Shown: piece after piece, positions 25,261 through 38,356 of the stretch
Layout: each line of letters starts with the position of its first letter
How positions within the stretch are numbered: position 1 is the first letter of the stretch
Assembly (NCBI RefSeq): GCF_004010195.1
Contig: NC_057731.1
Coordinates: 13,044,145 to 13,108,144, forward strand
DNA: 64,000 nucleotides
Source: Chiloscyllium plagiosum
Taxonomy: Eukaryota
Direction of reading: 5' to 3'
Program-made: the position numbers and the translations under genes
Notes under the pieces: generated by a model
Database searches by the model: none
The model's input: the letters and a program-made list of their open reading frames with translations, nothing else
Told to the model about the DNA's origin: nothing

Positions 25261-25689
25261 TTGTAAGGTGAACTTGGGCTGCTGATTGACTCTGCTTATA
25301 TGTTCAAGTTTTTCACCAGATACATTTCCTCAAATGGGAATTAAACAAGGATAAACTCTTTATTCACTGGATAAAATAAATATTCATAAAATGGGAAAAA
25401 CTGTTTTATACTCAGTTTCACTTTTTCAGAAAAAGCATCAAATACAGAAAGACATAATAAACAGTATTTGATTATCTCTGCCTAAAGCCATTTTTTAATC
25501 ATGAGTCCATTTGCAAACAGTTAATTTGTTAGTTTAGAGGGGACACTTAATGCACTGATTACCAATTCATTAAATTCACTTTTTTTTTCAATAAATTATT
25601 CTTCTGCTTTAACATTATTTGCAAACTGAGTTTCAATTTTTCCTTCACTTAGATGATGATTGATTAAACCAATTTATAACAGACATATA

Positions 25690-25790
25690 AAAGCAAAATA
25701 CTGTGGATGCTGGAAATCTGAAACAAACAACAGTTAGAAGAAACTCAGCAGGTCTGGCAGCATCTGTTCAGAGAGAAACAGAGTTATTGC
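25690..25790 (-). mobile_element. Old PLE pLTR-derived short repeat
   Basis: atactgtggatgctggaaatctgaaac..aactcagcaggtctggcagcatctg; related copies at ~45900 and ~56290. Confidence 0.7.
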
Positions 25791-25809
25791 TTTATGTCCG
25801 ATATGACAG

Positions 25810-26130
25810 GTGGGATGGTGCCCCAGTGGGGGGCTGCCTCACAGAGCCAGGGACCTGGATTTGACTCTATCCCTGTGAGACTGCCTGTGTGGAGTTTGCA
25901 CACTGCTCATGTGTGTCTGGGTTTCCTTCCACAGCACAAAGATGTGCAGGTTAGGTGGTTTGGCCATGCTAAATTGTCCATCGTGTCCTGGATTGTGTAG
26001 GCTAGGTGGATTAATAATGGTACATGTGGGGTTATGGGGGTAGGGTAGGGGGCTGGGTCAGCATGGGATGCCCTTCAGAGGGTTGGTATGGACTCAATGG
26101 GCTTCCAGACCATAGGGAATCTGTGACCTA
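25810..26130 (+). mobile_element. Degenerate HE1 SINE
   Basis: Core aaagatgtgcaggttaggtgg..tggccatgctaaattg. Confidence 0.8.
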
Positions 26131-26649
26131 TGACTTGTGCTCAGGTCACCATCATTCCCTTTTAGATATTTTCACACAACCTGTTCAGAGACATTATGAT
26201 ACATGTTTAGGACTTGAGCCTGGACCTTCTGGCCAGAGATAGGTACACTACCATAGTGCCGTAAAGAGTTTTTTCAGAAAACTTTCCTTTTGTTCTCTGT
26301 CTGTTATAGTTACCTGTTCATGAAGTTGATAAACAGTGCCACCTTGTGACTAGACAGAATTACATTATCATTAGAAGACAATACAGTTGCAAAAACTCAC
26401 TTGGCTATTTCAAGCGGCAAGTAAAAACAATCCTGAATAAAGGGCTTTAATCAAAACCATTGTTTCAGGGTGATCACATTACAATAGTCATACCAGTGAC
26501 TGCACTTCACTCAGTGGTGACCTGACACTATGAAAGATGCCTCATATAAATGTAATTGTGTTTTTTATTTAATTGAATAAATAGCAGTACAAACAGAAAA
26601 AAAGGTAACAGATAAGCTGAGCTTGATAAAAACAGTGCAATAAAAGATG

Positions 26650-27200
26650 AAGTTTAAAAGTTGACAATGCTCTGGAGTTACCTGGTCTGGATGGATTGCA
26701 TATCAAGCTGATGAGGGAAGTGAGCTTGGAGACAGTGGAGACACTTTCTGAACCCTCCAACTCACCTTACACAGGAGAGTGGCTCCAGAGAACTGGTGGA
26801 TTAGAAATGTCACAGCAATGTTCCAAAAAAGGAGAGAATGATAAACTTCACAACGATCCAGCAGCCAGCCTAACCTCAGTGTCTGTGAAACTTTACAGAT
26901 AATAATTTTCACTCAGAAAAATATATCAATAAGCGACAGACAATATGGATTTATTAAAGGAAAACATGTCTGACCAACTTGATTGATTAAAGGACAGGAG
27001 CACTTAAAGATGGACTTTTAATAGGTGCTTGCTACAAATCACATAGATTTGTTCGCAAATTTGAAAGAGCAAGATTGATGAAACGGTGGCTGTTTGGCTG
27101 CTAAATTGACTAGACAACGGAGCAAAGTGGTGACTGTTGTTCTTCAGACTGAAACCCAATGTATTGTTGAGTGGAGTCTGGGACCCTTGCACCGATGAAC
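26650..27200 (+). mobile_element. Ancient CR1 RT remnant, part of the duplicated IFIT flank
   Basis: Degenerate PG.DGLH.KL.RE, NVT.MF.KG and CLTNL motifs; homologous pieces at ~40870, ~42410 and ~43580. Confidence 0.6.
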
Positions 27201-28362
27201 ACAATAATGTAATTGTAAACCTTTGAAGAACTGAGAAGAGGAGAAATGAGAGTCGATGAATTCAATACCAAATAAAATTTAGAGAGATATATAAAGAGAG
27301 AGAAAGAACAATTGATTTAAAGGAGAATAAAAAAAAAACAGAAGAGAACCATTTATAGTAACAGGAAATGTTTGACATATTTGAAATCTCCAATAACATT
27401 CCCCAAAGGAACATGACTCCAATAATTATAACTGGTCACTTCCTTGATGAGACAATGAGCAATCAATACCAATTCTCACTTTATTAAAACTGCACTTACA
27501 CTGTCAACTATTAGATTTGATTTTCTGTGGCAAATTTAATTTGCAAGTGCAATAAATTAGAAACCCGTTGTGAGGTTAAGTGTACGATACTGTTTTCAAA
27601 AATACTTGAACCAATTCTGAAAATTTGCCATTCACAGAGTGTATCTCACTGTTTATAATTTCAAACACCATTTTCTTTAATAAATTCCATCCAAAGGTTA
27701 CAATACCAGTGGGTATCAACAACCACACTGGGAAAAGTAACAGGATCATACAGAGAATGGAGTAAAAGTCGGGAGTTATTGAGAGAAGTGCCTTCTTTAA
27801 ATCTTCGTTGTAACCCATCAAATTGATGTTAAACATGTAAGGAAATTGGTAAACTGGAGACTTTTTCTTCTTTTATGCATTAAACCCAAATTTTCATTCT
27901 TAAATTTAAACAGCAGACAAAGTGGGGAGAGATTTTTCTGTGTATGATAGCCTGCAATGTAATAGCTGACTCATCTGAACCTGACAAGGCACAGACCATA
28001 GAGGTTAGTGGTCATCAAACTCATTTCAAACATGATATTGGATTGAGTGTTCCTGTATCATGCATGAAATCCCACTTCTCATTTAATCTCATGAAGTGGA
28101 TGGAGCATCTCCAAAAATCAAAGAGATGCCAAAACTGCCCTTGTGGCTTTCCAGAAAAGGAATACATTGTCCATAATCAGCAGGATTTCTTGATGAGCAA
28201 AAAGACTTTTTTTTTACACTCTGAACCTCCTTCCCTGAGTTCACAGAGAGCAAATGTAGCTTCCAGAAACAAATACTCTGAAATATTCCTAAATTTCAGC
28301 AAATGTTTATCAGAATATAATCTTAGGTTATAATATAATGTGCCTAAACCTGTATAGACCTA

Positions 28363-28372
28363 GGGAAATTCC
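28363..28372 (+). promoter_or_regulatory. NF-kB consensus site
   Basis: GGGAAATTCC about 2.2 kb upstream of the copy 2 TATA box; could occur by chance. Confidence 0.3.
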
Positions 28373-28514
28373 TCATTCTTTAATATGAGAAGCAAGCAAA
28401 AATAATTACAGAAGTTGTCCAAAATGGGTGTCATTTCGCAAGTGGCAAGTCAAAGGATTGGTATTCGGGCATGGTCATTGTACCAAAATCTGATGGTTCT
28501 ATCAGAATATGTCA

Positions 28515-28640
28515 AAAAGTGTGGTGCTGGAAAAGCACAGCTGGCCAAGCAGCATCTGAGGAGTAGGAAAGTCAACTTTTCAAGCATAAACTCTTCATCA
28601 GGAACACATTTCAACTCTGTTCTCCAGCATCTGCAGACCT
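28515..28640. mobile_element. PLE pLTR fold-back fragment
   Basis: gtgtggtgctggaaaagcacagc..ttcatcaggaa followed by an inverted acatttcaactctgttctccagcatctgcag. Confidence 0.75.
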
Positions 28641-29629
28641 TAGATAACCCAACAAGGCTGTGGTTGGAGAAATCCACCCTAAATCTATTGGCGATGAGAA
28701 CTTTTCGAAATGCTGTAAAAGCAAGATCTTTACTTAACCTAATGCCAACAGTGGATTCAGGCAGGTTCATTTTGGGAAAAATCTGAAACGTCTACTCCGT
28801 GTGGGAGGTATTGCTTCAACAAATTTGCAACTGCTTCCTCTCCAGTGATCATCCAATAGAACATGACCAACATTCTCAAGGGTTGAACTGAGTTATTTGT
28901 TGTTGTGGATGATGAGCAATGTAGAAGTAACAGAAGTTCATGACTATACAATGCATGCAGTGTGGAAATGTTAGCAGGCAACATGGCTTCCCATCCAAGC
29001 ACTCTATTCAATTCTGGAATATTACAATGACAATGATAGTATAAAATCAGATCCCCAAGAAACAATGGCAGTAAAATATCTCCTACTGTAAAGGCAGTAC
29101 ATAACTTACAAAGATTTATGGGAGTGGCAAACCAGTTAGCAAAACTTGGCAATTATCACCAAGATCTTGAAATGTTTACTCATGGGACTCACAAGAAGCA
29201 GATCAAAGACATTCTGACTTCCAGTTACATTTTGTGTTTAATGTTTTCTTTTAGAGTAAGAAGATAAATTGATGTTATTTTCTTTAAATAGTGGAATTTA
29301 GGAATTCTCTGTCACTCATATTTTAACATTACGAGTTTTTCTGGGTGTTTAGTTTAATTAACAGAAAAGGTTTGCCTCTGTATGGTAACGATGCAGACTC
29401 GTTATTCCGCTTTTTGACTCAAGGGTACCTGAGCATCATTAAAGTAGAGCTCAAGATCAAACCAGGAATTAGCAAACAGATAGGAGAGCTTCTAAACAGA
29501 CTGTCCGACATGAGCCAGACAAAACCACAAAACAAGGGCTCCATTGCTTCCTATTATATTTCCCACCAGACCATAGGAGTGTGCTGAGAATGTGTTATCT
29601 ATTTGTGTCAGGAGGATGTTCAGAAACTC

Positions 29630-30260
29630 AACTGGACTCACCACATAAACACAGTGGCTACAAGAAACAGTCAGAGGCTAGGAATACAGCGTTGAGTAAC
29701 TCATCCTGCGACTCCTCAAAGCCTGTCCACTATCTACAAGGCACAAGTCAGGAGTGTGATGGCATACTCTCTACTTGCCTGGATGACTACAGACCCAAGA
29801 AAACTCAAGAAGCTTGATACCATCCAGGATAAAGCAGCATGCTTGGAATGCCACCACAGCCACAAGCATCCACTCCCTCCACCACTGACAATCAGTAGCA
29901 GCAGTGTGTATCATCCACAAGATGCGCTGCAGAAATTCATCAAAGATTCTCAGACTGCACTTCCAAACCCATGACCATTTCCAACCAGAAGGACAAAGGC
30001 AGTAGCTACATGGGAACACCACCATCTTCAGGTTCCCCTCCAAGCCACTCACCATCCTGACTTGGAAATATATGCCGTTCCTTCACTGGCGCTAGGTCAA
30101 AATCCTGGAATTTCCTCTCTAATAGCGTTGTGAGACAACTCACAGCAAGTGGGCTCCAGCAGTTCAACAAGCAGCTCACCATCACCTTCTCAAGGACAAC
30201 TAGGGATTGGCAATAAATGCTGGCCCAGCCAGCGATGGCCACATCTTCCAAAAATGAATA
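29630..30260 (+). mobile_element. LINE family B 3' end
   Basis: STIYKAQVRSVM..KLKKLDTIQDKAACL; 3' UTR ctcaccatcaccttctcaaggacaactagggat.ggcaataaatgctggccc. Confidence 0.85.
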
Positions 30261-30515
30261 CTTTTTTAAAACAAAATCACTGAGTCTTTATTTGGTGCAC
30301 TGTACATTCCATAAGAGTTGTTTAATTTTCATAGTAATTCCAAAACAATTAACATACAGTTAATTCTTTTATGAAGTCATTATTATTCCAATGCAGCAAA
30401 AGCAAGCATGCAGCCAGTTCTAAATAACACAAAGAAAAAAATAATCCCAGGAGGAGTTGATATTTTGTATTGTGATGTGCTTTGTTGCTTTTGGGGTAAA
30501 TTATAAGCAATCTGC

Positions 30516-30591
30516 TGTTTCAGTTTTCATCTCTTGAATAGAATTCTGAAAAGTTACCCGAAAAAAACTAAAAGATATCGAGGGTATAAAA
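30516..30591 (+). promoter_or_regulatory. IFIT copy 2 promoter: ISRE-like element and TATA box
   Basis: GTTTCAGTTTTC (30517-30528; reverse GAAAACTGAAAC) and TATAAAA (30585-30591), about 100 nt before the ATG. Confidence 0.65.
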
Positions 30592-30684
30592 TCTCTTTGA
30601 GCAGCTTAACTCACCTAGTTTTGTGCTTGCAGTTAATCAGTGAACAGAGGTGGAAGACACAGAAGCCTTCCCTTTATTCAGATC

Positions 30685-30689
30685 ATGTG
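30685..30689 (+). CDS. IFIT5: IFIT copy 2 exon 1 coding part (ATG TG)
   Basis: gatcATGTG|gtaaga; joining to 31036 gives MCDTARES in frame; matches the canonical IFIT two-exon layout; 346-nt intron. Confidence 0.75.
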
Positions 30690-31035
30690 GTAAGAGAGAT
30701 TCTCATTGTAAATAACAGGGATAGTAATAGTATCTGCTGTAGCTCTTTGGAAACACTCCTTTTTCAGAATCTGTGGGTTGTGGCAGCACAAACACACTGT
30801 TACTGTTGGAGAAATTAACTTTCACATGTGGTGTTACACCAGGGCCTCGAAGACGCTGGTTTCAGCTGCTTGAGGCCTCAGGTTTTTCCCTCAGCCCTTC
30901 TTGTGCCAATGCTGAAGAGAATGTAAGGCTGGATGATAGAGGTACCTGGGATTGTGGTGTTAAAGTGCATTTGTGTCGAAAATGCCCATGAATGATTAGA
31001 AAAAAACAATAAATATTTCCACCTGTTTCTTACAG

Positions 31036-32476
31036 TGACACCGCAAGGGAGTCCCTGAAAGAGAAACTGCTTCAGCTACAATGTCACTTCACGTGGACCC
31101 TGCAAGTAGAGGATGTGGAGTGGGATGATTTGCAGGAACGATTAAATTACACAATTGAGGCTGACATTGTGCAATATAAAGTCATGCCTTACAATCTACT
31201 TACTTTTGTCAACTGCGTACGAGGTAAACATGAGGAGGCATTCGATAATTTGTGGGAAGCTGAGGAGATTCTGAGGAAGGATCACAAGTCGAATGTTGAA
31301 AAGTGGAGCATCGTCACTTACGGAAACGCAGCCTGGGTCTATTACCACGTGGGAGAAGTGGCAGAGGCTCAGGCCTACCTCAACAAGCTGGAGAGGATCT
31401 GCCAACAGTTCCCTGATGCCTCTCGCTTTACAGCAATGACCCCTGAAGTATACGGGGAGAAGGGTTGGTCCCTGTTGAGATTTGGCTGGAAATATTATGA
31501 AGAGGCAAATGAGTGTATTGAGAAGGCTCTGGAAGCAGATCCTGATAACATTGAGTGGAATACAGCTCACGCAACCTCTCTGTTCCGACTTAAAGGAAAT
31601 ATTGGAGTCTCTCAGTGTCCTGAGCACTGCAAAGTAGTGAAACAATTACAACGGGCATTGGAACTGAACCCAAAGGATTCTTTTCTCAAGGTCACGCTGG
31701 CTCTAAGACTACAATATTTCAAACAGGAAGAGGAATCTCACAGATTGTTAGAAGATGTGCTCCTGAATTCTCCTGGTGATCCCTATTTAATTCAATATGC
31801 GGCCAAAGCTTTAAGAAAGGAAGGATCTGTTGAACAATCCCTAGAGATGTTGAAAAAGGTACTGATGGAAAAACCAAACTCTGGACTCCTTCACCACCAG
31901 ATCGGTTTATGCTACAAAAAGAAACTGTTTACACTGAAGAAAACATCTTATAAATATAACACTTATGAGGAAAGGAAAAAACTGATTGAACTTTGCAAAT
32001 ACCATTTTCAAACAGCTTATGATCATAAACCATCACTTATTTTTGCAATGCTTGATCTGGCAGAAATTTTACAGGAATGTAAAGAATATTCCAAGATCGA
32101 TGACATGTATGAGGACCTGATCAGAAACAACAGCTGCAACCATTTGAATAGACAGTTATTACTTTGGAATTATGGATTGTACCAACTGTATGTGAAGAGA
32201 TCCCAGCCCAATGCTATTGTTTATTTTAAAGACTGCTTAAAAATCAGAGTGAAAAGAAGCCAGTTTGTGAAATGCCAAGCAAAACTGAAAGAAATTGCTG
32301 AAGATCGATTGAACGAGTATTCAAGAGACAGTGTTGCCTTTGGCATATTGGGATTTTTGCACCAATTGGATGGCAAGAAATCCGAAGCAATTGGATACTT
32401 TCAGAGAGCCCTGGAATGTGATCGCAACAATGAGGAATTTCAGAATGCTCTCCAAGATCTAAAGGAGGCTGCATAA
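31036..32476 (+). CDS. IFIT5: IFIT (IFIT5-like) copy 2, main coding exon 2
   Basis: Same acceptor (AG ending 31035), CHFTW and TPR motifs, intact to TAA; 481 aa predicted. Confidence 0.95.
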
Positions 32477-33399
32477 AATCTGTCTTTGATTCACTGGAAT
32501 ATGAATCTGCATTTGTAAGAAATAGTTCAAACCTAATTCGAAAATGCTTGACATATTGACCAGTCAAGATTTTCCAGATTTCGGGCAGTGAGTGAAGAGG
32601 AATTGTGGGGGAGGCATTGGAAAATAGTGATGCCCTCACTAATAAATCCCTCCTCCATCTTACATGTGGGCTAACTGACATATGTGGGCAACCACCCCCT
32701 TACCAATTTGAATTTAAATGTGTTGCTCTTCAAGGCACCTCTCATGTTGAGAACCCCTCACAATCCCCTATCTACCTCAGCAGTGCACAGCTCTCCCAGT
32801 GAGGCTGGGCAGGCTCTGGGGCTATCGGATCTCTGACCGGCCTGACAGCACTGACACCATTGTGGATGACAAACTGGGGTGCCACTGATTAGAAGGCACC
32901 TCCAAGAAAGTAACTGAATGGATTCCTCTGCTGCTGAGTAAGGAGTTGTGGTCTCCCTTTTTGATCCTGATGCTGAGGGTCTGTGACAGAGACTTAAACC
33001 CCCCATCTTTGTAATTACTTTAGTTCACTATTGATTTTGTGTTTCCATTTGCTAAGGTGACACTGATTATAGCCTTTGATTTTTAAGTTAACAGGTTTTG
33101 TACTTAATTAATTAACTAATTGCAATGACTGAGGCTGAAATAGTCACAGTTAAAAACTGTAGTTGAGTGCTGTAAAGGCATGTTATTGAATTAACCTGAC
33201 ATTGTAGATCATGCTCATAGGATTTAAATCATTGTTACCAACAGGTAAATAAGACTGATTTAATTCTAACCCTAACTTGAAAGCTTTGGGGATGAATATC
33301 TTTACTCCCAAGTACTCACTTGGATCCAGTAAGAGGTAAGTACATTTCTTTGAATAAACACTTCATAACAGCACAACCTATTGATTTTTAAGCCAACCC

Positions 33400-34070
33400 T
33401 CTGATTGCATCAATGGAGCTGAGGTGGACATGGTTGAGAGCATCAAGTGTTGGGAGTGTTGACCACCAACAGTCTGTTTTGGTTCATCCACATTGATGCG
33501 ACTGTCAAGAAAGGACAACAATGCTTCTACTTCCTCGGGAGGCTGAGGAAATTTGGCATGTCCATAAAAACTCTTTTTTTTTATAGATTTTTATAGTTGC
33601 ACCACAGAATGCATTTTACCGAGATGAATCACGCCTTGGTATGGCAACTGCTCTGAGAAACAGAACTGTTAACACGGTCCAGTCCATCACACAAGCCAAC
33701 CTTCCATCCGTTGACTCCATCTATACTTCTTGTTTCCTCAGATAGTCAGCCAACATCATCAAAAGACCCCTCCCTCCCTGGTTATAATCTTTTCCAATCT
33801 CTTCCATTGGCCCAAAGATATAAAAGCTTAAACACATTAACGAACAGATTCAAGAACAGCTTCTTCCCCGCTGTGATTAGACTTCTAAATGGACCTCTAA
33901 AATTTTAAATTTGATGTTGATCTCGCTCTTTGTGCACCTTCTCTGCAAACATTACATTGTATTCCTCACTCTGTTCTACTACCCTTATGCACTTTGTATG
34001 TTATAACCTGCCCATACTGCACACACAGTGAATCAACTCAATTCAAATCAGATTCGAGTCAATTCTCTCA
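33400..34070 (+). mobile_element. Rex1/Babar-like LINE 3' end
   Basis: Degenerate VKK.QQ.FYFL.RLRKFGMS..CITPWYGNCS, TNRFKNSFFPAVIRLLNG; ATTCA-type tail. Confidence 0.75.
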
Positions 34071-35005
34071 AAGCCCCAAAATACATCCCCACTCTCCCAA
34101 TTCTCTCAAAACCCCAAAATGCATCTCCAGTCCCTCCTCACCACATTTTGGTACAAAGCAAAAATTCATTGTCAAATCAAATATGAGAGGATTTTGCTCT
34201 GCATCAGCCTCATTTATCATTGTCAATTCAAGTTCATTAAATAAAAATTCATTCTCCTTTTTGAGTTATTAATTTATATCACTACCTTTAGAATTTCCCT
34301 CCGTTCTCCCCACTTCCTTGCTTACCTCCTTCACCTCTTTCCTATTTTCTTAATTTGTCTCTTACTAGTGCAATCATATATACATTATCCATGACCATAT
34401 GATAATCAGGAATCAAAGATGATGGTCCTACTCCAGGACTTGAGCTCAAAATTCAAGGTTATCACTCTACTGCATTACTGAGAGAGTGCTACAATACTGC
34501 AGTTATTGTCCTTTGGATGAAATATTAAACCAAGCTTCCATCTGCCTTTTCTGGTGGATGCAAATGATTTCATATCACTATGTCAGAGAACAAGAGGGGA
34601 GTGATCCTGAATCCTGGTTTGAATTTACCCCTCGGTAAATATCTCACACGTGTTATCTTTTCATTATTACATTGCTGCTAGAGTTGGCACATTATAACAG
34701 TTCAAAAGGTAGTTCATTGGCTATAAAATACTTTGTGACATCCTGTAGCCATGGAAGTATTATGTAACATATTTCTGTCTTTTCCACTGCTATTCCTTAA
34801 TTATAACCAAAATATTTCGACTGCCTGATCACTCTCACTAAAGTCCTTTCTTTCTACTGCTGTAAGAAAATCTTTCATTAATATGGCTGTTCTTTTCTTG
34901 TGGTAGGACAAAGATTGTTTTATTATTGTGCTATTAGCGCTTAATCAACATATTCTGAAGTACATTTAAAATGTTATTCTACATGTAACATGACCACAAA
35001 GTTAT

Positions 35006-35222
35006 TGTGCTGATTATCATGAGGTCGACCAGGTGGATCTCATAGAATATGAGTTCCCTGATTGGGGCTGTTAATCTGATCCTGACTGACAGACATAAAC
35101 AGGAGTGTCAGAGGTTCTGCTCACTCTGAAAGCTGGTTCAGTAGCTGGATTGGTGTCAAGGACTTTACATGTGTAAATAAAGGGTGTCTTGTTGACGGGA
35201 TACCGGCCTCTGTGAGGTCATT
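35006..35222 (+). mobile_element. Solo LTR of the Gypsy family at 15.8-18.7 kb
   Basis: Shares ctcatagaatatgagttccctgattgg..gttaat..ctgacaga with 18648-18715; starts TG, has AATAAA at ~35176. Confidence 0.75.
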
Positions 35223-35911
35223 TTGGGTATGGAGGATAATCTCAATATGACATTAGCTGCACCTCTCTACAAATCACGACATGTCAAGAAGTGATGAAAA
35301 GGACTGATTCAGAGGTTCTTCTTTCAAATTTGTGAGAATGTGGTTAACTCAGGGTAGTAGTTATGATTTTAAGTAGTTCATATTAAACATATCTACACAT
35401 AATGCTGTGAAATGGGACAAGAGCCCATTCATCTCATTAAATGATTATTATTGATGAATAAATGACAAGGAAGCAAGAATCTGGAGCCCCTAAACTGTAA
35501 TGACCGGTAATGATCTAAATCAAGGTCATGGTGCCATCATGAAAGGACAGTTAGATATTGATTGACCAACCAGATGGACAATAACGGGGTTAATTTAAAA
35601 TAGTGCAGGGCCAAGCTGGGGATATGGAATAAAGATATGGAATATTAAAGTATGCAACATCATTAAAAAGAAAACAGAAGGTAGACTTTAAACAAGAGAT
35701 AAAACATTCAGTCAGTTGGAGGTTGAGGACTGGCATTCTATCGTGAACTCAACTATTGACCAAAGCCAATATGTCAAAAATTGTGCATCTTATGGGAAGT
35801 TTAATAACATCTGTGAAATGTGAAATCACTTCCGTACCTGTGTAGAGCTAACCTGAGTTGTTATCGATCTGCTCTCTCAACTTAGCTTGCATCTGCAACT
35901 GACCTAAGCCT

Positions 35912-36035
35912 TGATTTGGAGATGCCAGTGTTGGACTGGGGTGTACAAAGTTAAAAAATCACACAACACCAGGTTATAGTCCAACAGGTTTAATTGGAAG
36001 CACACTAGCTTTCGGAACGATGCTCCTATCACCTG
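35912..36035 (-). mobile_element. PLE pLTR (second family)
   Basis: tgatttggagatgcc..gtacaaagttaaaaaatcacacaacaccaggttatagtccaacagg..ctagctttcgga. Confidence 0.8.
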
Positions 36036-36950
36036 TCCCAGTCATTTCCCAGTCCTTTCCAAACATCTCTAATACTTTGCTCCTGTTCAAGTCCAATTTG
36101 GAGCCAGTGCTCTATAATAACTACTACCTTTTCAGTTGAGTTTGAACTCCTGGCTCATTGGTTTTATTTTTATGTCTGTGTTTTGCACCAAAAATATTTC
36201 TTTGAAGAGACATGACAGATGGATAAAGTCTCCTCTACGTTAGTGAATAAAATCAATGTGCACATAAAATTGAAAGGACTCTTTTGTGCTCGGATTTACT
36301 TTTCACGAGAGCTATCAAGTGCAGGAAAATGTACTTCTTTGTATCTCAAATCACAGAATTGTTACAACACTGGAGACCTTCGGCCCATAATGGATACACT
36401 GGCATTCCAAGTGAGTATTATAATTTAGTGCCATTTTCTTGCCATTTCTGTATACCTCTGCATGCTATTTCCATTCAAATAATCACCCAGAGCCATCCTG
36501 AATGCCTCAGCTAAACCTGCCTCCAAAATACTTTTAGCCTGAGCATTCCAGACCCTAAATACTCACTGTGTGAAGAAAGTTTCTTTCACATCATATTTGC
36601 TTCTATTGAAAATAACTCAAAATCTTAAAAAATACATTAGAGTAAAAAATAAACTGCACCTGATTTTTTCTCGCTAAACTTACCCTTATAAACAGTTATC
36701 CATTCCCAATCAGTTAATGAGCCCATGTAAAGATCTCAATTAATGCTTTATTAGTTGTTCTGTTTACTAATTCATTTCATTATTTTCTCAATTAATCATT
36801 CTTCTGATATATTAGTCTTGTATATTAAAAGTTCATTTGTCCTTCACTTGGTGGAGGATCAATTAAATGATTTGTAAGCTCATCATCCTGCTCATGAAGT
36901 TCAACATTGATGAACAATGCCAGCTTGTGACAGATCCATATTCTCATACA

Positions 36951-37557
36951 GGACAAAGTTAAAAATCCCACAACACTAGGCTATAGCCCAATAGGTTTAA
37001 TTGGAGTCACTAGCTTTTGATAGTTTTTAACAATAGGTGTCATCTCAGCTCCGATAATGCACTGAAGGTGTGAAGTCTGTGTCCCAATGTTAGGTCAGAC
37101 TGATTCTATTTCTAAAGTGGGATTTACAGAATCTTACACAGATTTATGCAGCTTTTGAGCAAAATAAAATGTAATTCTGCAAGTACAAATTCACCTCACA
37201 AACTTATAGGTGGGGGGTGTGTGTTTTTATGTGTGTGTGTGTGCGCGCAGGGGAGACCGAGTGAGAGTGTGCATGTGGGTGCGTATGGGCCAGGAGTGGA
37301 GTGTGAGTGCCTGTGAGAGAGTGTGTGTCTGTGAGAGGGTGCGTGTGTGGGTGTGAGTGTGGGGGTTTGTGTGTGTGAGCATATGAGAGAGAGCTTGTGT
37401 ATGAGAGAGGGTCTGCGTGAGTGTGTGGGTCTGGAGAAGTGTGTGTGTGAGTGTGCATAGTGGACTAATGTCACCTACAGTGTGACGAGGCCATCCCCAT
37501 AGGTACCAAACTTGGCTATCCATGGTACCCATGGGGATGGCCTCAACCGGGACCTTG

Positions 37558-37592
<35 letters not shown>

Positions 37593-38356
37593 GCGCACAC
37601 ACACACACACTCTCACAGACTTATACCCCATTACATTCACACACAGACACACACTCTCTCTCACAGGCACTCATCCCCCCACACACACCGACATGCACAT
37701 TCACACTCAGTCTCCTCTGCACACACACACACACACACACACACACCCACATATAGGTTTGTGGGGTGAAGTTTTACTTGCAGAATTACATTTTATTTTG
37801 CTCAAAAACTGCATAAATCCACGTAAGATTCTGTAACTCCCACTTTAGAAATAGAATCAATCTGACATAAGATTGGGACACAGGCAGACTTTAATTTCAT
37901 TTGCATTATCTGAGCTGAGATGACACCTATTGTTAAAAGCTATCTTGAGAACGTAACTTTAAAAAAGTTCTGGATTTACATATGAAGGAACCAAAACTAA
38001 CATTTTCATTCCAAAAGATGAAAGACTTAAGCTAAATATATTTAATATTACATTCCATGACACTGCAATCCTGTGTCTTATGATTCTGCTCCACAACCAC
38101 CTGATGAAAAAGCAGCACTTCGAAAGCTAGTGCTTCCAAATATGCCTGAAGAAGGGCTTATGCCCGAAACGTCGATTCTCCTGTTCCTTGGATGCTGCCT
38201 GACCTGCTGCGCTTTCCCAGCAACACATTTTCAGCTCTGATCTCCAGCATCTGCAGCCCTCACTTTCTCTTCCAAATAAGCCTTTTGGACTATAACCTGG
38301 TGTTGCATGATTTTTAACTTTGTCCACCCCAGTCCAACACCAGCACTTCTAAATCA
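36951..38356. mobile_element. ~1.4-kb fold-back PLE insertion with (GT)n/(CA)n arms
   Basis: Left arm is the reverse complement of the right arm; centre encodes the PLE ORF end GTHGDGLNRDL; TSD ctcataca(g/a)gacaa at 36943 and 38357. Confidence 0.85.
38143..38268 (+). mobile_element. PLE pLTR (first family) nested in a second-family pLTR
   Basis: TSD cttccaaata at 38133-38142 and 38269-38278; hammerhead core ctgaagaagggcttatgcccgaaacgtc. Confidence 0.85.

Noticed and set aside
33325-33345. Strong donor-like aagag|gtaagt after copy 2
   Set aside because: No ATG in the required position and no homology to the exon-1 module.
35018-35026. ATGAG|gt candidate first exon
   Set aside because: Lies in a solo LTR and the donor (gtcgac) is poor.
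37196-37836. His/Thr-rich ORFs
   Set aside because: Translation of (CA)n/(GT)n microsatellites.
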